Below, piece after piece: positions 1-8,580 of a stretch of 27,888 bases of DNA (its first letter is position 1; every line of letters begins with the position of its first letter). The stretch comes from a virus (lineage: Duplodnaviria > Caudoviricetes), in the IMG/VR virus record IMGVR_UViG_3300033489_000663, positions 1-27,888 of that record; one strand, 5' to 3'. Both the position numbers and the translations under genes were made by a program. The notes under the pieces are model-generated. The model was given only the letters and a program-made list of their open reading frames with translations, ran no database searches and was not told the DNA's origin.

Positions 1-108
1 AAACTTCCCAATGAGATTACCCCCGAGTTCATGATCTATGTGTGTGTAATAATCGGCACATACATTGGCGGAGTGGCGTTGGAATCGAAATTCAAACCAG
101 CTCAATAA
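1..108 (+). CDS. 3' end of a holin-like membrane protein (truncated by window start)
   Basis: Frame 1 reads KLPNEITPEFMIYVCVIIGTYIGGVALESKFKPAQ*, a hydrophobic helix with a basic tail, upstream of the endolysin. Not in the ORF track. Confidence 0.5.
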   Translation, partial: KLPNEITPEFMIYVCVIIGTYIGGVALESKFKPAQ

Positions 109-120
109 CTGGGCATTGGT

Positions 121-163
121 CCGGATAGGAGACGGCGAGCTGGGATCGCTAGCTCCTATCCGG
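121..163. other. Inverted repeat / hairpin between lysis genes
   Basis: CCGGATAGGAG (121-131) pairs with CTCCTATCCGG (153-163); no U-tract; just upstream of the GGAGG RBS at 176-180. Confidence 0.6.
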
Positions 164-188
164 GCTTGGCCAATTGGAGGGATAATTG

Positions 189-554
189 ATGCCGGATTGG
201 ATAATCCTGATCGTATCGGCGTTTGGGGGATTGGGAGGAATAGCGGCTGTTGCGACATGGCTGCTGAACTGGCGAAAGGCGAAGCCAGAGATTGCCAGAA
301 TGTACGAGGAGATGGCGACGAAACAGGCAGAACAGATCGAGGAGCTGAGAACAAGAGTTAATCGACAGGACCGGAAGATCCAGCGACAGGGGACGGTGAT
401 CAACAAGCTGCGAGAATGCCTGCGAGAATGGGAGGAAGGGATAAGGATGCTGGTAGAACAAATCATGGCCAAAGGAATGACGCCAGTATGGACGCCAAGG
501 GCGGTAAATGACGAAATGGCGGATTATGGATTGGAGGAAGAAGAGAAGAAATGA
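189..554 (+). CDS. Lysis-cassette membrane protein (holin/antiholin-like; one TM helix plus coiled coil)
   Basis: N-terminal TM segment WIILIVSAFGGLGGIAAVATWLL, then a charged coiled coil; RBS GGAGG; ATGA overlap with the endolysin. Confidence 0.6.
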   Translation: MPDWIILIVSAFGGLGGIAAVATWLLNWRKAKPEIARMYEEMATKQAEQIEELRTRVNRQDRKIQRQGTVINKLRECLREWEEGIRMLVEQIMAKGMTPVWTPRAVNDEMADYGLEEEEKK

Positions 555-1315
555 GCCAGCATATCCTACCAACGCCGGATTACTGCGTAACGACGCAGAC
601 ATTCGAGGAGCACGAGGCGACGGCCAGGCGAAAAGGCTGGTGCACCGGGCCGGGGAACTGCCCTTCGGGGATCTATTATTACGGCGGGCTGGATAAAGCG
701 CCGACCTGGGCGGACATCAACCGGGACATACCAGTTTGCGCTTCGGCGGAATTCAAGAGCATCGAATATGCAGATTTGGACCGGAAGGGGAAAGGACCGG
801 GCGGCGGTTACGGGATCTACGTTAAGGGAATTACGCCGGATGGGGAAGAGGTGATCACGGCGCACCTGGCGGCGACGCCGATGGTAAAGGCGGGAGACAA
901 GAACATTCCAGCAGGGACGCAACTGGGATGGATGGGATCCACAGGGAATTCGAGCAGCAAGCATACCCATTGGGAGATCAGGGTAAATGGGATCCCGGTG
1001 GATCCGGAAAAGAAGCTGGTAACAGTGATCATAGAACCTCCGGTGGAACCGGAAATAGTTGTGACGAGCGATTTTCCGGGAGCAGCGGTAATCGAGATCG
1101 AGGACTGGGAATTCGAGCTAGCTTCGGATTATCTGAACCTGCGGAACGGACCGGGAACGGCAATGAGAGGCTACCAGGTGGTGGGGAAAATCGAGGGGCA
1201 GGGAATGGAAGTTAAGGGAAAGCGGCTGGTGATCTGGGAGGGATGGATAGAGATTGGGGATGGAAAATACTGCGCGTGGGTACACCAGGGAGAGGTGTAC
1301 CTGGTGAGGAAATAG
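551..1315 (+). CDS. Endolysin: M23-family peptidase with C-terminal SH3b-like domain
   Basis: M23 motifs GGYGIYV, AHL, G.MGSTGNSS..HTHWEIR, PVDP; SH3b-like LNLRNGPGT..YQVVG. Confidence 0.85.
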   Translation: MSQHILPTPDYCVTTQTFEEHEATARRKGWCTGPGNCPSGIYYYGGLDKAPTWADINRDIPVCASAEFKSIEYADLDRKGKGPGGGYGIYVKGITPDGEEVITAHLAATPMVKAGDKNIPAGTQLGWMGSTGNSSSKHTHWEIRVNGIPVDPEKKLVTVIIEPPVEPEIVVTSDFPGAAVIEIEDWEFELASDYLNLRNGPGTAMRGYQVVGKIEGQGMEVKGKRLVIWEGWIEIGDGKYCAWVHQGEVYLVRK

Positions 1316-1354
1316 AGACGCAAAATATTGAGACGCAAGATATTGCGTCTCTAC
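1313..1354. repeat. Repeat family A (REP-like palindrome GAGACGCAA-N5-TTGCGTCTCTAC)
   Basis: One partial and one full unit; overlaps the endolysin TAG. Confidence 0.9.
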
Positions 1355-1408
1355 GATAGATGATTGGCGAATGATGAAAGGTAAATGCTGGTTCAGAAAT
1401 GATTTCGG

Positions 1409-1663
1409 ATGGTTGAATATTTTCTTATTATTCTTGGCATTGGTTTGTTGTTCCTGGGAAAGGTCGAGGGAATGGATATACAGAAAGGTCGAATGGACAC
1501 GCTAGTATGCCTGGTGGTTTTATTGATATTTACCGTTAGCCTTTTGTTGGCGGAATTGATCAATTGTATCTATCGCATCTTGAATTCAATACGCAGAATT
1601 TTTACATGGATATGGTCGAAAATGCAGGGTAAACCGGAGATTACCATCGATGACGATCGTTAG
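1409..1663 (+). CDS. Small two-TM membrane protein, AT-rich
   Basis: 84-aa ORF with two hydrophobic stretches filling the gap between endolysin and terminase. Confidence 0.5.
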   Translation: MVEYFLIILGIGLLFLGKVEGMDIQKGRMDTLVCLVVLLIFTVSLLLAELINCIYRILNSIRRIFTWIWSKMQGKPEITIDDDR

Positions 1664-2399
1664 ATGGGACGAGCTGCAATTGAGATTCGATCTGCCGGAT
1701 TTGGACGAGGCTGCGGATGACGCTTTGGAGCGGGCGATATCTCCGGAGGAGGCGCGGCTGATCAGCGAGGCGGCGAGGAGGGCATTAGAAGAGACCCTCA
1801 CCCCGGCCCTCTCCCTGGAAGGGAGAGGGAAGAAACTGGAATGGCTGGCGGACTATCTTTTTTTGCGAGACCAGAACTGGCCATGGCGGGTGGCCTGTTA
1901 CATTGCTTGGGCGAGCTCGCCGAGGCTCAGCCGATGGCCGAAGACGTTGGGAGAACTGGCGACTTCGATATTGGGTTTGAGGAGCCCGCGAGTGATCTAC
2001 AAGTGGAGGATGAAGTATGCCAGCATCGAGACGGTGGTTTCGATGATGCAAGCCAGGCCGCTATGGGAGCACCGGGCGGACGTTTATAAAGCGCTGGTGG
2101 AGATGGCGACGGATCCGAACTACAAGGCGCATAACGACAGGAAATTGTTCTTGGAGATGATCGGGGATTACGTGCCCAGGTCGATGCTGGGAGTGGGGAA
2201 GGCGGGGAAGGGCGGAGATCTGGCGGAGATGAGCGAGGAGGAGCTGAAGCGATGGGCGGGGGAAATGGTTTCGCAAGTCTCCATATCACTTGGAGATGCA
2301 AATGAAAATGTAAATGGAGACGCAAGTGGAGACGCAAAATCTTGCGTCTTTACCGAAGTCTCTACCGAAGAGGAGGGCGAGGGTGCTGGCGACGAGTAG
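1650..2399 (+). CDS. Probable terminase small subunit
   Basis: Overlaps the start of TerL; HTH-like segment LATSILGLRSPRVIYKWR; helical core and acidic low-complexity tail. Confidence 0.65.
   Translation: MTIVRWDELQLRFDLPDLDEAADDALERAISPEEARLISEAARRALEETLTPALSLEGRGKKLEWLADYLFLRDQNWPWRVACYIAWASSPRLSRWPKTLGELATSILGLRSPRVIYKWRMKYASIETVVSMMQARPLWEHRADVYKALVEMATDPNYKAHNDRKLFLEMIGDYVPRSMLGVGKAGKGGDLAEMSEEELKRWAGEMVSQVSISLGDANENVNGDASGDAKSCVFTEVSTEEEGEGAGDE
1794..1830. repeat. Repeat family B (CCCTCACCCC..CCCTCTCCC-N5-GGGAGAGGG), inside the TerS CDS
   Basis: Matches intergenic copies at 4018 and 10752; translated as TLTPALSLEGRG. Confidence 0.85.
2293..2365. repeat. Repeat family A cluster inside the TerS 3' end
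   Basis: GAGATGCAA, GAGACGCAA, GAGACGCAAAATCTTGCGTCTTTAC and GTCTCTAC. Confidence 0.8.
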
Positions 2400-4017
2400 C
2401 AGGGTGATGGTGCAGCAGGAGGAGGCGCGGGCGGAACTGGCCAGGCGAGAACTGGCGCGGCGCCACCTGGTGGATTTTTCGTGCTACGTGGCACCATATT
2501 ATCGACCGGCCAGGCACCACCGGCTGGTGGGAGAATACCTGGAGCAGGTGGAGACGTACGTACGATCCAGGGGCGCGACGGGGATCGGGAGGTTACTGAT
2601 TTTGGAACCGCCGAGACACGGGAAAAGCGAACAGATGAGCAGGCATTTTCCGCCCTGGGTGCTGGGAAGACTGCCGGATACGCACATCATTTTGACGAGC
2701 TACATCTACGACCTGGCGGCGAAGTTCAGCCGGGCGGCAAGGGATGTGGTGCTGTCGACGCCGTTCCGGGCGGTTTTTGGAGAATTGGCGAGCACCGATT
2801 CGCCGGTGGAGATGAGCGAGGACAGTCGAAGCGTGAAAGCCTGGGAACTGGCGGCGCCGCACCGAGGAGGGATGATTGCGACGGGCGTGGGAGGCGGCAT
2901 CACCGGATCAGGAGCGAATTTATTCTTAATCGACGATCCTTTCAAAAACCGGGAGGAGGCGGAGAGCGAGAGCCACCGGGAATCAGTGTGGGAATGGTGG
3001 ACGAGCACGGCTTACACCCGGCTGGAGGATGGGGCGGCGGTGGTGGCAAGCTTGACCAGGTGGCACGGAGACGACTGGGCGGGGAGGCTGCTCAAGGCAA
3101 TGGCGATAGACCCCAAGGCAGATAGGTGGGTGGTTTTGTGTTTACCGGCGCTGGCAGAAAATTGGAACGCGAATGGCGCGAATAAAACGAATGACACGAA
3201 TGAAGGGGAAAATAAAGAAATAAAAGTAAAGGAATTCGATGAGATTCAAAAGGAGAAAATGCTGGAAGGGATTTGGGTAGAAAAAGAGGATGCGCTGGGG
3301 AGGAAGACGGGAGAGGCGCTGTGGCCGGAGAAGTACAGCGAGGAAGATCTGGAGAGGATCAGGATCAATATCGGGGATTACGATTTCGAGGCATTATACC
3401 AACAAAGGCCTTACAGCCGGACGGGGAATCTCTTCCGGAGGGAATGGTTTGCGATCGTGGAAGCGCCGCCGAAGATCGAGGAGATCGTGGCCAGGATGTG
3501 GTTCTGGGATAAGGCGGGCAGCCAGGAGATAAGGTCGTCGACGAACTATGCATGCGGGGGAGTGATGAGCCTGACCAAGGACGAGCTGGTGTACGTGGAG
3601 AACGTGACCAGGAGGCAGTGCACGCCGGGGGAAAGGGACAAGATGATGGTGGAGGCGATGAAGGCGGATTTGGCTACGGGAAGGCCGATCCGTTGCATCT
3701 GGCACCAGCAGGACCCGGGCAGCGCAGGTTTGGATAGCGCGCAAGCGACGAACCGGCTGCTGATCAAGGCCGGTTTTGGGAGGATCAGATTCGAAACGGT
3801 CACGGGAACAAAGGAGGTGCGGGCAGACCCATGGAGCAGCGCTTTGCAAGGCGGGCAGGCAAGGCTGGTGAGAGGTGCGTGGAACCAGCCATTCATCGAG
3901 GAACACATTGGTTTTCCAAAGGCGATGTTCGACGACCAGGTAGACTTTGCGAGCTGGGGATACAGCAAACTGGTCGGGCGGAGGGGAAGGAAAGAGGCGA
4001 GGAGCTACCAGGGGTAA
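2383..4017 (+). CDS. terL: Terminase large subunit
   Basis: Walker A PPRHGKS, Walker B LFLIDDP, TRWH..D motif, nuclease FWD and DDQVD. Start moved to GTG 2383 behind AGGAGG because the ORF-track extension is repeat-derived. Confidence 0.95.
   Translation: MLATSSRVMVQQEEARAELARRELARRHLVDFSCYVAPYYRPARHHRLVGEYLEQVETYVRSRGATGIGRLLILEPPRHGKSEQMSRHFPPWVLGRLPDTHIILTSYIYDLAAKFSRAARDVVLSTPFRAVFGELASTDSPVEMSEDSRSVKAWELAAPHRGGMIATGVGGGITGSGANLFLIDDPFKNREEAESESHRESVWEWWTSTAYTRLEDGAAVVASLTRWHGDDWAGRLLKAMAIDPKADRWVVLCLPALAENWNANGANKTNDTNEGENKEIKVKEFDEIQKEKMLEGIWVEKEDALGRKTGEALWPEKYSEEDLERIRINIGDYDFEALYQQRPYSRTGNLFRREWFAIVEAPPKIEEIVARMWFWDKAGSQEIRSSTNYACGGVMSLTKDELVYVENVTRRQCTPGERDKMMVEAMKADLATGRPIRCIWHQQDPGSAGLDSAQATNRLLIKAGFGRIRFETVTGTKEVRADPWSSALQGGQARLVRGAWNQPFIEEHIGFPKAMFDDQVDFASWGYSKLVGRRGRKEARSYQG
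3166..3201 (+). repeat. Repeat family D (4 x 9-mer ending CGAAT), in-frame inside TerL
   Basis: AACGCGAAT GGCGCGAAT AAAACGAAT GACACGAAT = NANGANKTNDTN. Confidence 0.9.
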
Positions 4018-4058
4018 ACCCTCACCCCAACCCTCTCCCTAAAAGGGAGAGGGTGAGG
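4018..4058. repeat. Repeat family B hairpin
   Basis: Begins directly after the TerL TAA; stem CCCTCTCCC/GGGAGAGGG. Confidence 0.9.
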
Positions 4059-4067
4059 AGAATGTAG

Positions 4068-5387
4068 ATGGCGAGTGATCTGGAACTGGCATTCAAGGCG
4101 CTGAGCGGGAAGGCTGCTTTATATAAGCGGTACTTCGACTATTACGACGGCAACCAGCCGGTGACGTATAGCACCAACCGGTTAGCGGAGATTTTCCAGG
4201 TAATTGATGCGGTGTTCACGGAGAACTGGTGCGCGGTGGTGATCGACAGCGTGCGAGACCGGATCAACCTGACGGGGATCGAAGTTCCGGACAGCGCCAA
4301 GGATACCTGGGAGCTGCTATGGGATGAATCGCAGATCAAACTGGAGAGCGACGAGGCGCACGAGGCGGCGCTGGTGGCGGGAGAGGCATATATGATCGCC
4401 TGGCCGGACGAGGCAAGCATAGCGCAGGCTTATTACAACGATCCGCGATTGGCGCATATTTTCTACCAGGCAGAAAACCCGCGCAAGAAAAGGTTTGCGG
4501 CGAAATGGTGGCTGGAAGGCGAGAAGGAAACAAGACTGACGCTTTATTATCCAGACCATTTGGAATATTACACGGCGAAGGGAAAAGAGGTTCCCAGCTC
4601 GGCGAGCTCATTCAAATCGATGGGAGAGAATGCAAATAATTCATACGATGAGGTACCGGTTTTTCATTTCCGAGCAGCAAACAGGATCGTGCGAAGCGAT
4701 CTGAAGAATGTGGTGCCCATCCAGAATGGGATCAATAAGCTTCTGGCGGATATGATGGTGGCGGCGGAGTATGGGGCATTCAAACAGCGGTTCGTGATCA
4801 GCAATTCCGATATTCTGGGAAAGCTGAAAAATTCGCCGGGCGAGATCTGGGATCTTCCGGCGGGGGATGGGATGGGACAACAGACGCAGGCGGGACAGTT
4901 CGATGCGACGCCGCTGGAGAACTACCTGAAAGCGATCGATAACCTGAGCATGTCGATAAGCTCGATCACCAGGACGCCGAAACACTATTTCTTTTCGATC
5001 GGAAGCAATCTATCGGGCGAGGCGCTAATTGCGATGGAAAGCCCGCTGAATAAAAAGGCGCAGGACCGGATCGACCGGTTCATACCGGCGTGGAAGGACG
5101 TGACCAGGTTTATGCTGAAGGTGATGGGGAAAAAGGTGACAAACCAGGAGATCAGACCGGTGTTCGACGATCCGGAAAGCGTGCAGCCGTTCACGGAGGC
5201 GCAGGCGGTCCAGATGATGGTGAGCGCAGGGATACCGTTGAGCAGCTCGTGCAGGCGGATGGGCTGGAGCGAGAGGGAGCTGAAGGATCTAACGATGGAT
5301 ATGGAGGAGCAGGCGAAGAAGCAGAAGACGAGCCTGGCGGAGGGGTTGTTGGAGGCGCAGAGGAGGTTCGATCAAGGGAACGTTTAA
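4068..5387 (+). CDS. Portal protein (SPP1 gp6-like)
   Basis: Follows TerL; YYDG.Q, NWCAVVID, VPVFHF, SDL..V..IQ and NLSGEAL motifs; 439 aa. Confidence 0.92.
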   Translation: MASDLELAFKALSGKAALYKRYFDYYDGNQPVTYSTNRLAEIFQVIDAVFTENWCAVVIDSVRDRINLTGIEVPDSAKDTWELLWDESQIKLESDEAHEAALVAGEAYMIAWPDEASIAQAYYNDPRLAHIFYQAENPRKKRFAAKWWLEGEKETRLTLYYPDHLEYYTAKGKEVPSSASSFKSMGENANNSYDEVPVFHFRAANRIVRSDLKNVVPIQNGINKLLADMMVAAEYGAFKQRFVISNSDILGKLKNSPGEIWDLPAGDGMGQQTQAGQFDATPLENYLKAIDNLSMSISSITRTPKHYFFSIGSNLSGEALIAMESPLNKKAQDRIDRFIPAWKDVTRFMLKVMGKKVTNQEIRPVFDDPESVQPFTEAQAVQMMVSAGIPLSSSCRRMGWSERELKDLTMDMEEQAKKQKTSLAEGLLEAQRRFDQGNV

Positions 5388-5415
5388 CGTTTAAACGTTG
5401 AACGTTTGAACGTTT
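5379..5415. repeat. Repeat family C (AACGTT array, 7/8-bp spacing)
   Basis: Five AACGTT at 5379, 5386, 5394, 5401, 5409; contains the portal TAA. Confidence 0.9.
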
Positions 5416-5430
5416 ATTGAAGGAATCATT

Positions 5431-5495
5431 TGGGCGGGACGCCCATGCTGAGGTACTCAGCTTCTGAGAATACTCAGCTTCTGAGAGTACTCGGC
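5431..5495 (+). promoter_or_regulatory. Hairpin cluster (family E) upstream of the scaffold RBS
   Basis: TGGGC-GGGAC-GCCCA followed by three CTGAG-N3/4-CTC(A/G)G hairpins, then TTAAAGGAGAG. Regulatory role is inferred. Confidence 0.55.
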
Positions 5496-5513
5496 TTAAA
5501 GGAGAGATGTGAG

Positions 5514-6131
5514 ATGGCAGACGGAACGGGAAGTTCTAGCGGAGGCGCCGGGGGATCCGGCGGTTCAGATCAAAACAAGGGACAAGATCAGGACAGCGGA
5601 GGCGCCGGGGGATCCGGCGGTTCAGATCAAAACAAGGGACAAGATCAGGCTTTGCAATACGAGGAGTGGCTGAAGGGGCAGCCTGAAGAGGTCAAGACCA
5701 TGCTGGGAGGCTGGGAGAAAGGCTTGAAGACGGCGCTGAAGGACGAGCGGGATGCTCGAGGGGATCTGGAGAAGAAGCTGCGGGATCTGGCCGGGAAGGC
5801 AGAGAAGGGCAGTGAGGCCGAGAAGAAGCTGATCGAGATGGCGGACCAGATGGCAGAGGGGGACCGGCGGGCGACCTTTTACGAGGAGGCGCACAAGGCC
5901 GGTGTATCCAACTTGAAGCTGGCGTACCTGGTTGTAGTGCAGGAAGACCTGTTCGACAAGCGAGGGAATGTGAACATCGATGCTCTGAAGAAAGACTATC
6001 CCGAGCTATTCGATCAGGGAGCACCTAAAACGAAAGGGAACGCCGGTGATGGAACTGAAACACAACAACCGGCGCACGTGGGGATGAATGAGTTCATCCG
6101 GGCGAGCGCGGGTAAACCAATTAATCAATAA
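5514..6131 (+). CDS. Capsid scaffolding protein
   Basis: Between portal and capsid; low-complexity N-terminus, coiled coil, LKKDYPELF, C-terminal MNEFIR; ATG 5514 behind AAGGAG. Confidence 0.85.
   Translation: MADGTGSSSGGAGGSGGSDQNKGQDQDSGGAGGSGGSDQNKGQDQALQYEEWLKGQPEEVKTMLGGWEKGLKTALKDERDARGDLEKKLRDLAGKAEKGSEAEKKLIEMADQMAEGDRRATFYEEAHKAGVSNLKLAYLVVVQEDLFDKRGNVNIDALKKDYPELFDQGAPKTKGNAGDGTETQQPAHVGMNEFIRASAGKPINQ
5538..5649 (+). repeat. 57-bp-period in-frame tandem duplication in scaffold
   Basis: 55 identical bp at 5538-5592 and 5595-5649 (SGGAGGSGGSDQNKGQDQ twice). Confidence 0.95.
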
Positions 6132-6146
6132 ACTGGAGGTATTACT

Positions 6147-7115
6147 ATGCCTTACAACAACATGATTTCGAGAGACGACGCGGCTGCATTGATCCCGCAA
6201 GAGGTTAGCAACGAGATCCTTGCGCACGTGCCGCAGAATTCGGCAGTTTTGCAACTGGCAAAGAAACTGCCAAACATGAGCCGGAAGCAGAAGCGGCTAC
6301 CGGTGATGAGCGCGCTGGCGACAGCATACTTCGTCACGGGCGACAATTCGCTGAAGCAGACCACGGAGGTGGATTGGGCGAATAAGTACCTGGATGTGGA
6401 GGAACTGGCTTGTATCGTGCCGATCCCGAAGGCGGTGTTAAACGACTCCGAATTCGACATCTGGGGAGAAGTGAGACCGCAGATCGAGGAGGGTCTGGGA
6501 ATCGCCATCGACAGAGCTGTATTGTATGGGACCAACATACCGGCCACCTGGACGACAGATCTGGGGGCGGCGGGGTTGATTGCCTTGATCACGGCGGCGA
6601 GCCAGATCATCAGTGCAGCGGAATACACCGATCTCTACGAGGCGATCCTGGGCGAGACGGCAGCGGCTGTTTCGGGGATGTTTGGCTTCGTGGAAGATGA
6701 CGGCTTCATGGTGACCGGATCCATTGCTCCGACAGCCATGAAACGTAAGCTGCGCAACGTGCGAGACAGCAATGGGCAACCGATCTTCACCAGATCTATG
6801 CAAGGCACCAACCAGTACGAGCTGGATGGGGCGCCGATCCTATTCCCGATGAATGGAGCAATTTCGGCGACATATTGGCTGATATCGGGGCAGTGGAACC
6901 AGCTGGTTTATTCGATGAGACAGGACATCGAATATACGGTGGGGACAGAGGCGATCATCCAGGATGCAGCGGGTAAGACCATCTATAACCTGTTCCAACA
7001 AGATATGGTGGCGTTACGGGCGGTCATGCGACTGGCGGTGGCGCTGCCCAATCCGATCAACCGGATGCAAGAAACAGAAGCCAACCGGTGCGCGTTTGCA
7101 GCGTTGACGGCGTAG
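6147..7115 (+). CDS. Major capsid protein (HK97 fold)
   Basis: LIPQEVSNEI, AYFV.G, LACIVPI, ID.AVLYG, LR..RDSNGQPIF, NLFQQDMVALRAVMR; RBS GGAGG. Confidence 0.95.
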   Translation: MPYNNMISRDDAAALIPQEVSNEILAHVPQNSAVLQLAKKLPNMSRKQKRLPVMSALATAYFVTGDNSLKQTTEVDWANKYLDVEELACIVPIPKAVLNDSEFDIWGEVRPQIEEGLGIAIDRAVLYGTNIPATWTTDLGAAGLIALITAASQIISAAEYTDLYEAILGETAAAVSGMFGFVEDDGFMVTGSIAPTAMKRKLRNVRDSNGQPIFTRSMQGTNQYELDGAPILFPMNGAISATYWLISGQWNQLVYSMRQDIEYTVGTEAIIQDAAGKTIYNLFQQDMVALRAVMRLAVALPNPINRMQETEANRCAFAALTA

Positions 7116-7117
7116 TT

Positions 7118-7133
7118 GCCGAGATTACTCGGC
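7118..7133 (+). promoter_or_regulatory. Family E hairpin GCCGAG-ATTA-CTCGGC
   Basis: Directly after the capsid stop and before the next RBS. Confidence 0.55.
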
Positions 7134-7152
7134 TTAAAAAAAGAGGTGTGAG

Positions 7153-8091
7153 ATGAGTCTATTTCCGAAAAACCTAAACGAGTTCGTGGCTTCGATGGGA
7201 ATACCGCGGGGGCCGAAATCGAAGGCTTACGTGGTGGATCCGGTGAATGGAAGTGACAGCAATCCGGGGACGAACTGGCTGGCGCCGTTGCTAACCTTGA
7301 CCGAGGCTGAGGATAGATGCGTTGGGGATCGACACGATGCGGTGTTGTTCTTGTCCGGCGATACCGAGGATCATCCGACTGAGGCGATCGTGTGGGATAA
7401 AGACTATACCCACTTGATCGGACTATCGTCTGGGGTCTATGGACTGGGCCAACGCTGCCGGGTGGTAGCGCAGGCTTCCGCGGAGATCTCTCCGGTGATT
7501 TCGTTTACCGGAAACGGGAATATCGTGAAGAACATGCAGTTCTACAACGAGAAAGCTGCGGGGGCGGCAGCCGGATGCGTAATTATCACCGGCATGCGCA
7601 GCTATTTCGAAAACGTGTTCTTTATGGCTCCGATAGCGACCGATGTGGGTTCATACTCGCTGAAACACGCGGGAGCGGAGAACGTTTTCAAGCGCTGCAC
7701 AATCGGCCAGTATACGAACCACCGGTCAGCAGCTTCCCGTGGCCTATGGCTTCACAAGGGCGCCGGAGCATCGGTTTGCCGCTCGAAGTTCGTCAAATGC
7801 GAATTCTTGTCATGGGGCAGCGCGGATCACGTGCACATCCTGATCGACAATGACATTGCAGTCATCCCCTGGATGGTGCAATTCGAAGACTGCTTGTTCG
7901 CCACTGCCACGGGAGGCACGGCGGCTTTGGCGCAAGCAATCGACGATAATTCGACCGCGACCGGCCACCAGGTATTACTGCTGGGCAAGAACTCTTTTGC
8001 CGGATGCAACGTAGTGGCGGATACGCTGACGTACATTTTGACGCAGACGTATTTCCATGGCGGTTTGATGGCGGCTCTGGCGGAGAATTAG
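7153..8091 (+). CDS. Putative head decoration/fibre protein, beta-helix (pectin-lyase-like)
   Basis: YVVDPVNGSDSNPGT...PLLT cap typical of right-handed beta-helix proteins; repeated F..C.F rungs; directly after the capsid gene. Confidence 0.55.
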   Translation: MSLFPKNLNEFVASMGIPRGPKSKAYVVDPVNGSDSNPGTNWLAPLLTLTEAEDRCVGDRHDAVLFLSGDTEDHPTEAIVWDKDYTHLIGLSSGVYGLGQRCRVVAQASAEISPVISFTGNGNIVKNMQFYNEKAAGAAAGCVIITGMRSYFENVFFMAPIATDVGSYSLKHAGAENVFKRCTIGQYTNHRSAASRGLWLHKGAGASVCRSKFVKCEFLSWGSADHVHILIDNDIAVIPWMVQFEDCLFATATGGTAALAQAIDDNSTATGHQVLLLGKNSFAGCNVVADTLTYILTQTYFHGGLMAALAEN

Positions 8092-8118
8092 AGGATTTTA
8101 GATTGATGATTGCAGATC

Positions 8119-8145
8119 AGGGGCGAGTCTAAGACTCGCCCCTAC
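8119..8145. repeat. Repeat family F (AGGGGCGAGTCT-A-AGACTCGCCCCTAC)
   Basis: Perfect 12-bp inverted repeat ending in CTAC. Confidence 0.9.
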
Positions 8146-8167
8146 GAGCGAGGAATGGAGGTTCAAA

Positions 8168-8578
8168 ATGACAGTAGAAATAAATACTGAAGTTGGACGC
8201 GGGTTTATGACCATCGATATCGAGGGATGGGCGATGGCAGCGGGGTGCCTGGGATCGATTGCGAATCCGGAAGGGGTTCCGCTGGCGATCCTGCGGGCAT
8301 ATCTATATGTCGAGACGCCATCGGCAGCGGCTGCGGTTCTTTCCGTCGGCGTTGGTACGCTGGCGGCAGCTTCGACCGACGTGATCAATGCGTTGGAGAT
8401 GAACCAGACGGCGGGAACGCTGTGGAACGGGGTGGATTTGGATATCACATCCAAGGCGGCCATGACCACTCCGGCGATCTGGACGGCGGCGCTGTATCTG
8501 AACTTCACGACGGCGACGCAGATCTCGACGGCATTCAGAGGGAAGCTGTTCGTGGAATACCTGAGGTTGACCGGTTAG
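8168..8578 (+). CDS. Putative capsid decoration protein
   Basis: 136-aa beta-rich protein ending GKLFVEY; RBS GGAGG; in the head module. Confidence 0.6.
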   Translation: MTVEINTEVGRGFMTIDIEGWAMAAGCLGSIANPEGVPLAILRAYLYVETPSAAAAVLSVGVGTLAAASTDVINALEMNQTAGTLWNGVDLDITSKAAMTTPAIWTAALYLNFTTATQISTAFRGKLFVEYLRLTG

Positions 8579-8580
8579 AA

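Noticed and set aside
2314-2382. N-terminal extensions of TerL, scaffold (5430), stopper (12484) and chaperone (15987), and ORF 8612..8989
   Set aside because: They translate repeat DNA; better-supported starts lie downstream.
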